Shown piece after piece: positions 1 to 8,523 of a DNA stretch of 64,000 nucleotides. Both the position numbers and the translations under genes were made by a program. Source of the DNA: an uncultured Acidobacteriota bacterium (GTDB lineage Bacteria > Acidobacteriota > Thermoanaerobaculia > UBA5066 > Gp7-AA6); assembly GCA_963763535.1 (NCBI GenBank), contig CAVXOX010000007.1:60556-124555 (forward strand), written 5' to 3'. Below the pieces are notes generated by a model. That model worked only from the letters and a program-made list of their open reading frames with translations. It was not told the DNA's origin and made no database searches. Each line of letters begins with the position of its first letter. The stretch's first letter is position 1.

Positions 1-2
1 CG

Positions 3-2682
3 ACGTGGCGGCACCTCGGTCTCGCGGCGACGCGAGCGATCGGACGGATCGTGGTCGATCCGCGCAATCCCGACGTGGCGGTCGTGGCCGCGCTCGGCCA
101 TCTGTTCGGGCCGAATCGGGAGCGGGGGATCTTCCGCACCGGCGACGGCGGCCGCTCGTGGCAGCAGGTGCTCTTCGTCGACGACCGCACGGGCGGCGCG
201 GACCTCGCGGCCGACCCGGAGAACCCGGACGTCCTCTATGCCTCGCTCTGGCAGGCGCGCAACTATCCCTGGCTTTCCTACTTCGAGCCGATGGTCGGGC
301 CCGGCAGCGGCCTCTACAAGTCGAAGGACGCCGGGAAGACGTGGACGCGCCTGTCGGGCGCGCGGATGGCCGAAGGCGCCGCTCGGGCGGATCGGCCTCG
401 CCGCGGCGAACGGCGGACGCGTGTACGCGCTGGTCGACGCCGCGGGTGAGGAGCGGCGGGGACCCTCGGACGCGGGCCTCTACCGCTCGGACGACGGCGG
501 CGCGAGCTGGAGCCGCGTGAACGCGACGCCGGGGCTCGCGTCGAGCTACATGAACCGCGTCACGGTCGACCCGAAGAACCGCGACGTCGTCTACCTGACG
601 GGGCAGTCGATCCGGCGCTCGGAGGACGGCGGCAAGACACTCGCGTTCTTCAAGGGAGCGCCGGGCGGCGACGACTACCACTTCCTCTGGATCTCGCCGA
701 CGCATCCCGAGCGCATGGTGACCGCCTCGGACCAGGGCACGGTCGTGACGCTGAACGGAGGGAAGAGCTGGAGCGACTGGTACAACCAGCCGACGGGCCA
801 GTTCTACCACGTCGAAACCGACGAGCGGTTTCCCTACTGGGTCTACAGCGGGCAGCAGGACAGCGGCACCGCGGGTGCGGCCACGCGGAGCGACTACGGC
901 GGCCTGACGTTCCGCGACTGGCATCCCGTCGGCGGCGAGGAGCGCGGCTGGGACGTTCCGGATCCGGAGGACCCCCTCGTCGTGTTCGGTTCGGGGCTCG
1001 GCGGCACGATCACGCGCTTCGACTCGCGCACGGGCGAGGTCCGCAACGTCTCGCCGTCCGTCGAGAGCACGTACGGGCGGCGGCCGACGCCGGGGACCTA
1101 TCGCTGGAGCTGGGTGTTTCCGATCGCGATCTCCCGACAGCCGCCGCACACGCTCTACGCCGGCTCCCAGTACCTGCTCGCGTCGGACGACCGCGGCGTC
1201 TCGTGGCGCAAGGCGAGCCCGGACCTGACGGGCGCGGAGGAAGGAGCGACCGGATGCGCGGGCGCGGTCACCGTCGAGAACGCGCGGCCGTGCGGCTACG
1301 GGACGATCTTCACGATCGAGATTTCCCCGCTCGATCCCCGCGAGATCTGGATCGGCACCGACAGCGGTCTCGTTCAGCTGACGCGCGACGGCGGCGGCAG
1401 CTGGAAGAACGTCACGCCTCCCGGCCTTCCGGCATGGGCCAAGGTCGCGTCGCTCGACGCCTCGGCCCTCGAGCCCGGCACCGCCTACGCCGCGGTCGAC
1501 GGCCACCGGCTCGACGATTTCTCGCCGCGCCTCTACCGTACCCACGACTTCGGCGCCACGTGGAAGGAGATCGGCGCCGGCCTCCCCGCCGGCCGCTTCA
1601 CGACCGTCCTGCGGGCGGACACCGCGCGGAAGGGTCTCCTGTACGCGGGCACCGACGCGGGGGTCTTCGTCTCGTTCGACGACGGAGAGAACTGGCGGCC
1701 GCTGCAGATGAATTTGCCGACCGCCTGGATCGGCGACCTCGCGCTCCACGGCAACGATCTCGTCGCGGCGACGCAGGGCCGCGCGCTTTGGGTCCTCGAC
1801 GACGTGTCGCCGCTCCGGCAGCTGAGCGCCGAGGCGGCCGCCGCGCCCGTGCACCTCTTCCCGCCCGCGCCGGCGCTCCGCCTGCGGGGGAACGAGAGCA
1901 CCGACACGCCGCTGCCGCCGGAGACGCCGATGGCGAAGAACCCTCCGGCCGGCGCCGTGATCGACTACTCGATCGGCGAGGGCACCCGCGGTCCGGTGCG
2001 GCTCGAGATCCTCGACGCGCGCGGCGAGGTGCTCCGCGCGTTCCGGAGCGACGCGCCCGCCGAGCGGCCCCTCGCTCGCCGCTACTTCACCGAGCGCTGG
2101 CTGAAGCCGCCGGAGAAGCCCGACGCGGCCCCGGGCCAGCACCGCCTGGTCTGGGACCTGCGCGGCGGGCGGCCGCGGGCCGTCCAGTATCAGTACACGA
2201 TCGCGGCGGTCGAGGGCGATGCGCCGATCGAGCCGCGCGGCCCGCTCGTGCCCCCCGGACCGTACACGGTGCGGCTCACCGCCGGCGGCCGCGTCGCCGA
2301 GCAGCCGCTGACCGTCCGGCCCGACCCGCGGCTCACCGTCGACGACCGCGTCTATCAGGAGAAGTACGCGGCCGAGAAACGCATCGTCGAGGCGATGAAC
2401 CAGTCGTTCGAGTGGATCGAGAAGCTCCGGCCGTCGCGTCGTCCCGAGGAGCCCGCCGGAGACGAGGAGTCGCCAGCCCCGCGGGCCGCGGCTCCGAGCA
2501 GCCCCGCCGACGAGCTCGCCGCCGCCCTCACGCGGTCGAATCGGACCCTCTCGGCCCTTCTGAATCAGCTCGACGCGTCGGATGCGCCGCCGACAGCGGT
2601 CCAGCAGGCGACGCTGTCGGAGACGCTCAAAGCCGTCGACGAGCAGGTGGCCAGGGCGAAGACGCTTCCACCAAGGGGATAA
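3..2682 (+). pseudogene. BNR/Asp-box repeat sortilin-like (Vps10/glycosyl-hydrolase-like) secreted protein; 5' end outside window; one frameshift near 358-363
   Basis: Frame 3 from position 3 reads TWRHLGLAATRAIGRIVVDPRNPDVAVVAALGHLFGPNRERGIFRTGDGGRSWQQV...KDAGKTWTRLSGA. Frame 1 continues GWPKAPLGRIGLAAANGGRVYALVD to the stop at 2682. Repeated Asp-box-like motifs are present (SDDGGASW, SEDGGKTL, LNGGKSW, RDGGGSW, FDDGENW). The two frames join only if one base is removed near 361. Confidence 0.7.
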
Positions 2683-2690
2683 TCGAGTCT

Positions 2691-2825
<135 letters not shown>

Positions 2826-2843
2826 CGAGCGATAATTGAGTTC

Positions 2844-2921
<78 letters not shown>

Positions 2922-2985
2922 TATCGGCCGCACGGCGTCCCCCTCCGGCACGCCTCATGCAAACGCCTTCGCCCCGGAGGCCCCC

Positions 2986-3144
2986 GTGACTCTCCTCCTC
3001 GCTCTATTCCTGCTGATCGCCTGGATCGTCGCGGTCGCCGTGCTGAAGGTGGCGGGCGCGTTCATCCATCTTCTGCTGATCGTGGCGCTGGCCGCGTTCG
3101 TGATCCACGCGCTGCGCCGCTCGAGGAGACCCGCGGCCCATTGA
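2986..3144 (+). CDS. small hydrophobic membrane protein (52 aa, two predicted TM helices)
   Basis: GTG-started ORF translated by hand: VTLLLALFLLIAWIVAVAVLKVAGAFIHLLLIVALAAFVIHALRRSRRPAAH. Third-position GC is high. The ORF is too short for the supplied track. Confidence 0.4.
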   Translation: MTLLLALFLLIAWIVAVAVLKVAGAFIHLLLIVALAAFVIHALRRSRRPAAH

Positions 3145-3297
3145 CGCCCGTCCGGGCGACGCACCGCCAAATCCAGGGTGAAGTGATTCGGCCCTCTTTC
3201 GCCCGCTGAACGCAGCGGCGAGGGCCCCCGAGCGACGCGAATCCGTCGCCGCTCGCGGGCTCAGGCGGCGTCGGCCGCCAACGTATCATCGAGGTCA

Positions 3298-5259
3298 ATG
3301 ACCGCGGCCAGTCTCCCGGGGGTGGTCCTCGTCGGGAACCCGAACGTCGGCAAGAGCGCGCTCTTCGGCGCTCTGACCGGCGCCTACGTGACGGTCTCGA
3401 ACTATCCCGGGACCACCGTCGAGGTCTCGGAAGGGTCGGCGGTCGTGGCGGGTCGGAAGCTCCTCGTGCGCGACACGCCCGGGTCCGCGTCGCTCATTCC
3501 GTACTCCGAGGACGAGCGAGTTACCCGGGACATGCTGCTCTCGGCCGACGGCTCCGCGGTCATCCTGGTCGGCGACGCCAAGAACCTCGAGCGGGCCCTC
3601 ACCCTCGCGCTCGAGGTGGCCGAGACCGGGCTGCCGTTCGTGCTCTGCCTCAACATGTCGGACGAGGCCCGCTCCCGGGGCATCTCGGTCGACGCGGCGG
3701 CGCTCGCGGCGCGGCTGGGCGTCGACGTCGTCGAGACGGTCGCGGTGCGGCGCGAGGGCGTCTCCCAGCTCGCCGCCGCCATCGAGCGCGCGCGGCCCGG
3801 GGGCTTCGCCGTGACGTACCCCGACGTGATCGAGCGCGCGGTCGCCGCCGCCGAGCCGCTGATGCCGGCCGGCGCCTACGCGCGGCGCTCCCTCGCGCTC
3901 GCCGCCCTCGCCGGCGATCAGACGCTGACGCCGTGGCTCCGCGCCCGGCTCTCCGACGCCGCGCTCTCCGAGCTCGAGCGGATCCGGACGCGGCTCGCGC
4001 GCATCTACCGCGACGACCTCGGCTACGTCATCCAGGAGGCCCGGCTCCGCGCCGCGGGACAGATCGCGCGCGAGGTCGTCTCCCGTCGCGCCCTGCCGCC
4101 CGCCTCGACGCGGGCCGCGGTGCGCGTCCTCGACCGCGCCACGACGCATCCGGTCTGGGGCGTGCCGATCCTGCTCGCGGCGCTCTACCTCTCGTACCTG
4201 TTCGTCGGCGTCTTCGGCGCGAAGACGCTCGTGGACCTGCTCGAGAACGGGCTCTTCGGAAAGTGGATCAGCCCCGCGGCGACGCGCTTCGCCGCCGCCG
4301 TGATCCCGTGGCCGATCGTCCGCGACTTCTTCGTCGGCCAGTACGGCCTCGTCACGATGGCGCTGGCCTACTCGCTCGCGCTCGTCTTCCCGATCGTCGG
4401 GACCTTCTTCATCGCCTTCGGCGTGCTCGAGGACTCGGGCTACCTGCCGCGCCTGGCGGTCATGGTCAACCGCATCTTCAAGTCGATGGGGTTGAACGGG
4501 AAGGCCGTGCTGCCGATGGTCCTCGGGCTCGGCTGCGACACCATGGCGACCCTGACGACGCGCATCCTCGAGACGCCGAAGGAGCGCCTGATCGTCATCC
4601 TCCTGCTCGCCCTCGGCGTGCCGTGCTCCGCGCAGCTGACGGTGATCCTCGCGATGCTCGGCGGTCTGTCGCCGCTCGCGCTCGCGATCTGGGCGTTCGT
4701 CGTCCTCGCGGTGCTCTTCGCGGTCGGGAAGCTCGCCGCGACGGTGCTCCCGGGGCGCACGGGCGACTTCGTCCTCGAACTCCCGCCGCTGCGGCTGCCG
4801 CGTCCCGGCAACCTCGCGGTGAAGACGCTCGCCCGCATCGAGTGGTACCTGCGCGAGGCCGTGCCGCTCTTCGTCCTCGGCACCGCGATCCTGTTCGCCG
4901 CCGACCGCCTCCGCCTGCTCGGGGTCGTCGAGAGGGCCGCGCGGCCGATCGTCTCCGGCGTGCTCGGGCTTCCCGCGGAGACCGCGACGGCGTTCGTCAT
5001 CGGGTTCCTGCGGCGCGATTTCGGCGCGGCGGGTCTCTTCGACATGGCGCGGCACGGGCGCATCGATGCCGTCCAGTCGCTCGTCGCGATGACCACGATC
5101 ACGCTCTTCATCCCGTGCATCGCGAATTTCTTCATGATCGTGAAGGAGCGCGGCTGGAAGACCGCCGGCGCGATCGCCGCATTCGTCTTTCCCTTCGCGG
5201 TCGCGGTCGGCGCGTGCCTGAACCTGTTCCTCCGCGCGGTGCCGCTGCCCCTCAAATGA
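3298..5259 (+). CDS. feoB: ferrous iron transporter FeoB
   Basis: 653 aa. The N-terminal G-domain has GNPNVGKSALFGALTG (G1) and DTPG. The C-terminal permease is polytopic, with the gate-like region GLGCDTMA. Confidence 0.9.
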   Translation: MTAASLPGVVLVGNPNVGKSALFGALTGAYVTVSNYPGTTVEVSEGSAVVAGRKLLVRDTPGSASLIPYSEDERVTRDMLLSADGSAVILVGDAKNLERALTLALEVAETGLPFVLCLNMSDEARSRGISVDAAALAARLGVDVVETVAVRREGVSQLAAAIERARPGGFAVTYPDVIERAVAAAEPLMPAGAYARRSLALAALAGDQTLTPWLRARLSDAALSELERIRTRLARIYRDDLGYVIQEARLRAAGQIAREVVSRRALPPASTRAAVRVLDRATTHPVWGVPILLAALYLSYLFVGVFGAKTLVDLLENGLFGKWISPAATRFAAAVIPWPIVRDFFVGQYGLVTMALAYSLALVFPIVGTFFIAFGVLEDSGYLPRLAVMVNRIFKSMGLNGKAVLPMVLGLGCDTMATLTTRILETPKERLIVILLLALGVPCSAQLTVILAMLGGLSPLALAIWAFVVLAVLFAVGKLAATVLPGRTGDFVLELPPLRLPRPGNLAVKTLARIEWYLREAVPLFVLGTAILFAADRLRLLGVVERAARPIVSGVLGLPAETATAFVIGFLRRDFGAAGLFDMARHGRIDAVQSLVAMTTITLFIPCIANFFMIVKERGWKTAGAIAAFVFPFAVAVGACLNLFLRAVPLPLK

Positions 5260-5494
5260 GTCCGGAGGAGGCGCCCTTCGTCCCGCTGCCCGCCCACCCG
5301 GAATCGGGAGCGTCTTCACGTGCGGGCTCTGCGGGAACCGCTTCACGCACGCCGGGCTCGTCTGCGGTACGTGCCCGATGCAGACGGGGTGCGCGCTCGT
5401 GCGCTGTCCGAACTGCGGATTCCAGTTCCCGCGCTCCTCGCGGATCGTCGAGGCGTTCCGCGGCCTCTTCGGCCGCTTTCGGAGGAAATCGTGA
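5256..5494 (+). CDS. Cys-rich zinc-ribbon mini-protein downstream of feoB; start unclear or frameshifted
   Basis: Frame 2 reads VFTCGLCGNRFTHAGLVCGTCPMQTGCALVRCPNCGFQFPRSSRIVEAFRGLFGRFRRKS, with its stop overlapping the next ATG (TGATG). The only in-frame ATG is at 5378. The ATG at 5256, overlapping the feoB stop, is in another frame and would need a 1-nt correction near 5308. Confidence 0.35.
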
Positions 5495-6159
5495 TGCTCC
5501 ACCCCGATCTCGCGGATCAGGACATCGAGGAAGTCGCGGAGGAGATCTGGATCCTCGCGGAGCAGGGACTCGATCGCGCCGAGGATCTGCGCGCCTCGAG
5601 CAAGATCGGCGTGCTGGACGCCGCGCTCTCCGAGATGGAACGGCGCGGCCTCGCCCGGGTCGCGGCGGGACGCGTGTCGCTCACGAGCGAGGGACGCGAA
5701 CTCGCGCGCCGGCAGGTACGGCGGCACCGCCTCGCCGAGGTCCTCTTCACGACGGTGCTCGAGGTGCGCGACGAGAACGCGGTCGACCGAACGGCCTGCG
5801 TGATGGAACACGTGCTCGGGGCGGGGCTCGCCGACGCGATCTGCTCCTTCCTCGGGCACCCGAAGGCCTGCCCGCATGGGAAGCCGATTCCGGCGGGCCC
5901 GTGTTGCCGCGAGCTGTCGCAGACGATCGAGCCGCTCGTGCAGCCGCTCGATCGCCTGCCCGCCGGCACGGAGAGCCGCATCGTCTACATCGTGCCGCGG
6001 GAGCGCGAGCGGCTGTCGCGCCTGACGAACATGGGCATCGTGCCGGGCGCGCGGATCCGCGTGCAGCAGAAGGTGCCGGCCTTCGTCCTCGCGCTCGGCG
6101 AGACGACGCTCGCCGTCGATCCCGCGATCGCCGCCGAGATCTACGTCAAGAAGATCTAG
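5494..6159 (+). CDS. DtxR/MntR-family metal-dependent regulator with C-terminal FeoA (SH3-like) domain
   Basis: MLHPDLADQDIEEVAEEIWILAEQG...RRHRLAEVLF...HPKACPHGKPIP matches the DtxR-type dimerisation and metal site. The tail RIVYIVPRERERLSRLTNMGIVPGARIRVQQKVPAFVLALGETTLAVD is FeoA-like. The start is coupled to the upstream mini-ORF. Confidence 0.75.
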   Translation: MLHPDLADQDIEEVAEEIWILAEQGLDRAEDLRASSKIGVLDAALSEMERRGLARVAAGRVSLTSEGRELARRQVRRHRLAEVLFTTVLEVRDENAVDRTACVMEHVLGAGLADAICSFLGHPKACPHGKPIPAGPCCRELSQTIEPLVQPLDRLPAGTESRIVYIVPRERERLSRLTNMGIVPGARIRVQQKVPAFVLALGETTLAVDPAIAAEIYVKKI

Positions 6160-6177
6160 ATCGTCCGATTCGCCCGG

Positions 6178-6402
6178 TCAGCGCTTCGCGTCGCGCCGGG
6201 AAGATTCGGTCAGCATCCCCGCCCGGGGAAGGACGCCGCTTCCGGCGCTCGGAGGCTCGACGCCGGAGAAGCCCTTTCCCCAGTGGATGCCATCCCCGCC
6301 TCGCATGGGGTAACCGCGATAGCCGTGGCGACGGTGCCGGCGCGGCTCGGACGGCTGTTCCGCCGAGGTTCCGGGTGCCGTTGCTTTTTCCTCCTCGATC
6401 AT
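6178..6402 (-). CDS. hypothetical small protein (74 aa)
   Basis: The ORF has a GGAGG 7 nt upstream of its ATG (gagaggaggtccgtcATG). I recognise no family. Confidence 0.3.
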   Translation of the reverse strand: MIEEEKATAPGTSAEQPSEPRRHRRHGYRGYPMRGGDGIHWGKGFSGVEPPSAGSGVLPRAGMLTESSRRDAKR

Positions 6403-6527
6403 GACGGACCTCCTCTCTCATCAACGGAGACGAGAAGGGGAAAATTTGGTTCTGGCGCGCCTCATCGCGAATGGACACAGATGCATCAGAGCCCTTCGAG
6501 GGCTCCGGGGCGCCGCCAGGTCAGGAC

Positions 6528-6677
6528 TCAGTGCCGTTTGAAGTACTGGACGGCCTTCTCGTGCCTTTCTGCCGCGGCGCGGCTCTTGAAGGTCCCGAGA
6601 TTGCGCCGCTTGCCCGTTCGGGGGTCTTTCTTGCGGGAGTAGAGCCGATAGCCGCCGTTCTTCAGCTTCCGAATCAT
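6528..6677 (-). CDS. conserved small basic protein (49 aa)
   Basis: MIRKLKNGGYRLYSRKKDPRTGKRRNLGTFKSRAAAERHEKAVQYFKRH. The ATG is preceded by ggaaagagga. It is the C-terminal part of the longer track ORF 6528..7622, whose upstream part looks non-coding. Confidence 0.55.
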   Translation of the reverse strand: MIRKLKNGGYRLYSRKKDPRTGKRRNLGTFKSRAAAERHEKAVQYFKRH

Positions 6678-6733
6678 TCCTCTTTCCGGAACGCTCCGGT
6701 CAGAGGCCGAAATTCCGCGCGGCCGGCGGCGCC

Positions 6734-7414
6734 TCAGTGGGGCTGGCGGGCGATCCCCAGGCGCCGGAGCTTGTAGGCGAGGTCGCTGCGCGACAGGCCG
6801 AGCTTGCGGGCGGCCTGCGCCGCGACACCCGACGAGGCCGCGAGAGCGCGCTTGACGAGCTCCCGCTCGACGTCGGCCTCGAGGCTGCGCAGATCGAAAG
6901 ACTGCGGCAGAGACGCGATCCACACCTGGAGGGCGTGTCCGTTGCCGTTTCCGTTGCCATGTCCATTTCCACCGTCCCCGGCGCGGTCCGACCGCTCGAG
7001 CTCGTCGCGAAGCTCCCTGACCTCTTCCTTGAGCGAGTCGTTCTCGCGACGGAGCCGGCCGCGCTCGGCGGCCCGGTCGATCGCGCCGCGGACGGGCTCG
7101 GGGTGCAGAGGCCTCGTGAGGCAATCGAAGCCGACGGGCGGACCGTCGGAGTCGAAGGGCATGTCCAGCGCGCCGGCGATCAGGACGACGGACAGCGCCG
7201 GATTCGCGTCGCTGGCGGCCGTGAATGCCTCGACGGCGTCGCCCTCCGGCAACTGAGAGGGCGAAAGGACGACGTCGACCGCCCCGGACGCGAGCAGGCG
7301 CGAGGCCTCGCCCGCGCTCGAGGCCTCGAGCACTTCGTAACGCGGACCTGCAAAAAAGGTGATCAGATCTCGACGAACGGCTTCCTCGCCGTCCACGATC
7401 AGGACTCGGGTCAT
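6734..7414 (-). CDS. response-regulator-like protein (degenerate receiver + Fis-type HTH), no AAA+ domain
   Basis: The protein starts MTRVLIVDGEEAVRR. Ser replaces the phospho-acceptor Asp (DVVLSPSQLPEGD). It has a coiled-coil, a GNGHGNGNGNGH linker and a C-terminal Fis-like HTH (AAQAARKLGLSRSDLAYKLRRLGI). Confidence 0.7.
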   Translation of the reverse strand: MTRVLIVDGEEAVRRDLITFFAGPRYEVLEASSAGEASRLLASGAVDVVLSPSQLPEGDAVEAFTAASDANPALSVVLIAGALDMPFDSDGPPVGFDCLTRPLHPEPVRGAIDRAAERGRLRRENDSLKEEVRELRDELERSDRAGDGGNGHGNGNGNGHALQVWIASLPQSFDLRSLEADVERELVKRALAASSGVAAQAARKLGLSRSDLAYKLRRLGIARQPH

Positions 7415-7673
7415 GAGGTTCTCCGGATGGCCCGGCGCCGTGTTCTTTCCCGAGCGGAGCATCGGAGTCTCCGGGAAAGAGGTGCGGACGCCGAAACCGA
7501 TGTTGACCACATTGAACATTGACGAAATCGATTTGTCGATCCGGAGCGCGATCCGCCCGCGGCCGACGTTCAATTCCGAAACACCCTTCCAGGACACAGG
7601 CTAAAGAGGTGACCGGAATCACGCTATCGATGTATTACCGATTCGAGTGTAGTACGGAGTACTACCCTCGGGC

Positions 7674-8306
7674 TCACTGAAGAATGCGGCGGTCGGTGAC
7701 GTAGCGGACCAGATCGGCGTTCGACTTCATCCCCATCTTCTCGAGGAGCCGGGTCCGGTGAGTGCTGATGGTCTGGGGAGACAGCCCGAGCTGGCTGGCG
7801 ATCTGCTTCACGGTCTGCCCCGCGCCCAGCATGCGAAACACGAGGTACTCGCGGTCGGAGAGCGCCTCGTGGGGCGCATGGGCCATTCCGGTGCGGATCT
7901 CCTCGGCGAGACGCTCGGCGAGCGTCCCGCTGACGTACTTGCCGCCGGAGCGCACCTTCCGCACCGCCGTGACGATCTCCGAGGCGGCGGCCTTCTCCGT
8001 CAGGTAGCCGGCCGCGCCCGCCCGGAGGAGGCGCACGGCGAACTGGTCCTCGGGATACATGCTGATGATGAGGACGGGAACCTGGGGGCGGATCGCCCGC
8101 ATCTGCTTGAGGACGTCGAGGCCGCTGCCGTCCGGGAGCGCGGCCTCGAGCACGACCACGTGCCATTTCGCCGATCGGAACATCTGCAGCGACTCCGCCG
8201 CGCCGCCGGCCACTCCGAATTCGGCGTCCGGAATCGCCTCGGCGAGGATGTGCTTCAGCCCCTCCACGACGACGGGATAGTCGTTGACGAGGAGGATGCG
8301 CGTCAC
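7674..8306 (-). CDS. NarL/FixJ-family response regulator (receiver + LuxR HTH) with Glu at the phospho-acceptor position
   Basis: The GTG start gives VTRILLVNDYPVV. The receiver beta3 segment reads HVVVLEAALPDGSG (Glu instead of Asp). The LuxR HTH is LSDREYLVFRMLGAGQTVKQIASQLGLSPQTISTHRTRLLEKMG. Confidence 0.8.
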   Translation of the reverse strand: MTRILLVNDYPVVVEGLKHILAEAIPDAEFGVAGGAAESLQMFRSAKWHVVVLEAALPDGSGLDVLKQMRAIRPQVPVLIISMYPEDQFAVRLLRAGAAGYLTEKAAASEIVTAVRKVRSGGKYVSGTLAERLAEEIRTGMAHAPHEALSDREYLVFRMLGAGQTVKQIASQLGLSPQTISTHRTRLLEKMGMKSNADLVRYVTDRRILQ

Positions 8307-8523
8307 AGGGAACTGCCCGCGCGCGAGTCGAGAAGCCGGAGAATCTCGCGTGGCGCATCGCGATGTCCGCCGCAACTTCCGTTCCGTTTCCGGCGGGCGC
8401 GGATTTGTGCGTTCGATGGGCGCATGAAGACGACCTCGCTGGCGGCCGCCGGGATCGCCGGCGACGGCGCGCCTCCCCCGGCGATTTCAGTCTAGCGCGC
8501 TCGGAGAGCGGAGGTCATCCCGC

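Noticed and set aside
3295-5877. Very long antisense or alternative-frame ORFs, for example 3295..5877(-), 3933..6404(+), 38895..42467(+), 15792..20321 and 11236..16059 read as single proteins, 59125..61404(-)
   Set aside because: Stop codons are rare in any frame at ~70% GC. These translations are Arg/Pro/Gly/Ala-rich with no motifs, and they overlap genes with clear family signatures (feoB, lon, mdtABC, oxidase). Only the portions matching recognisable proteins were kept.
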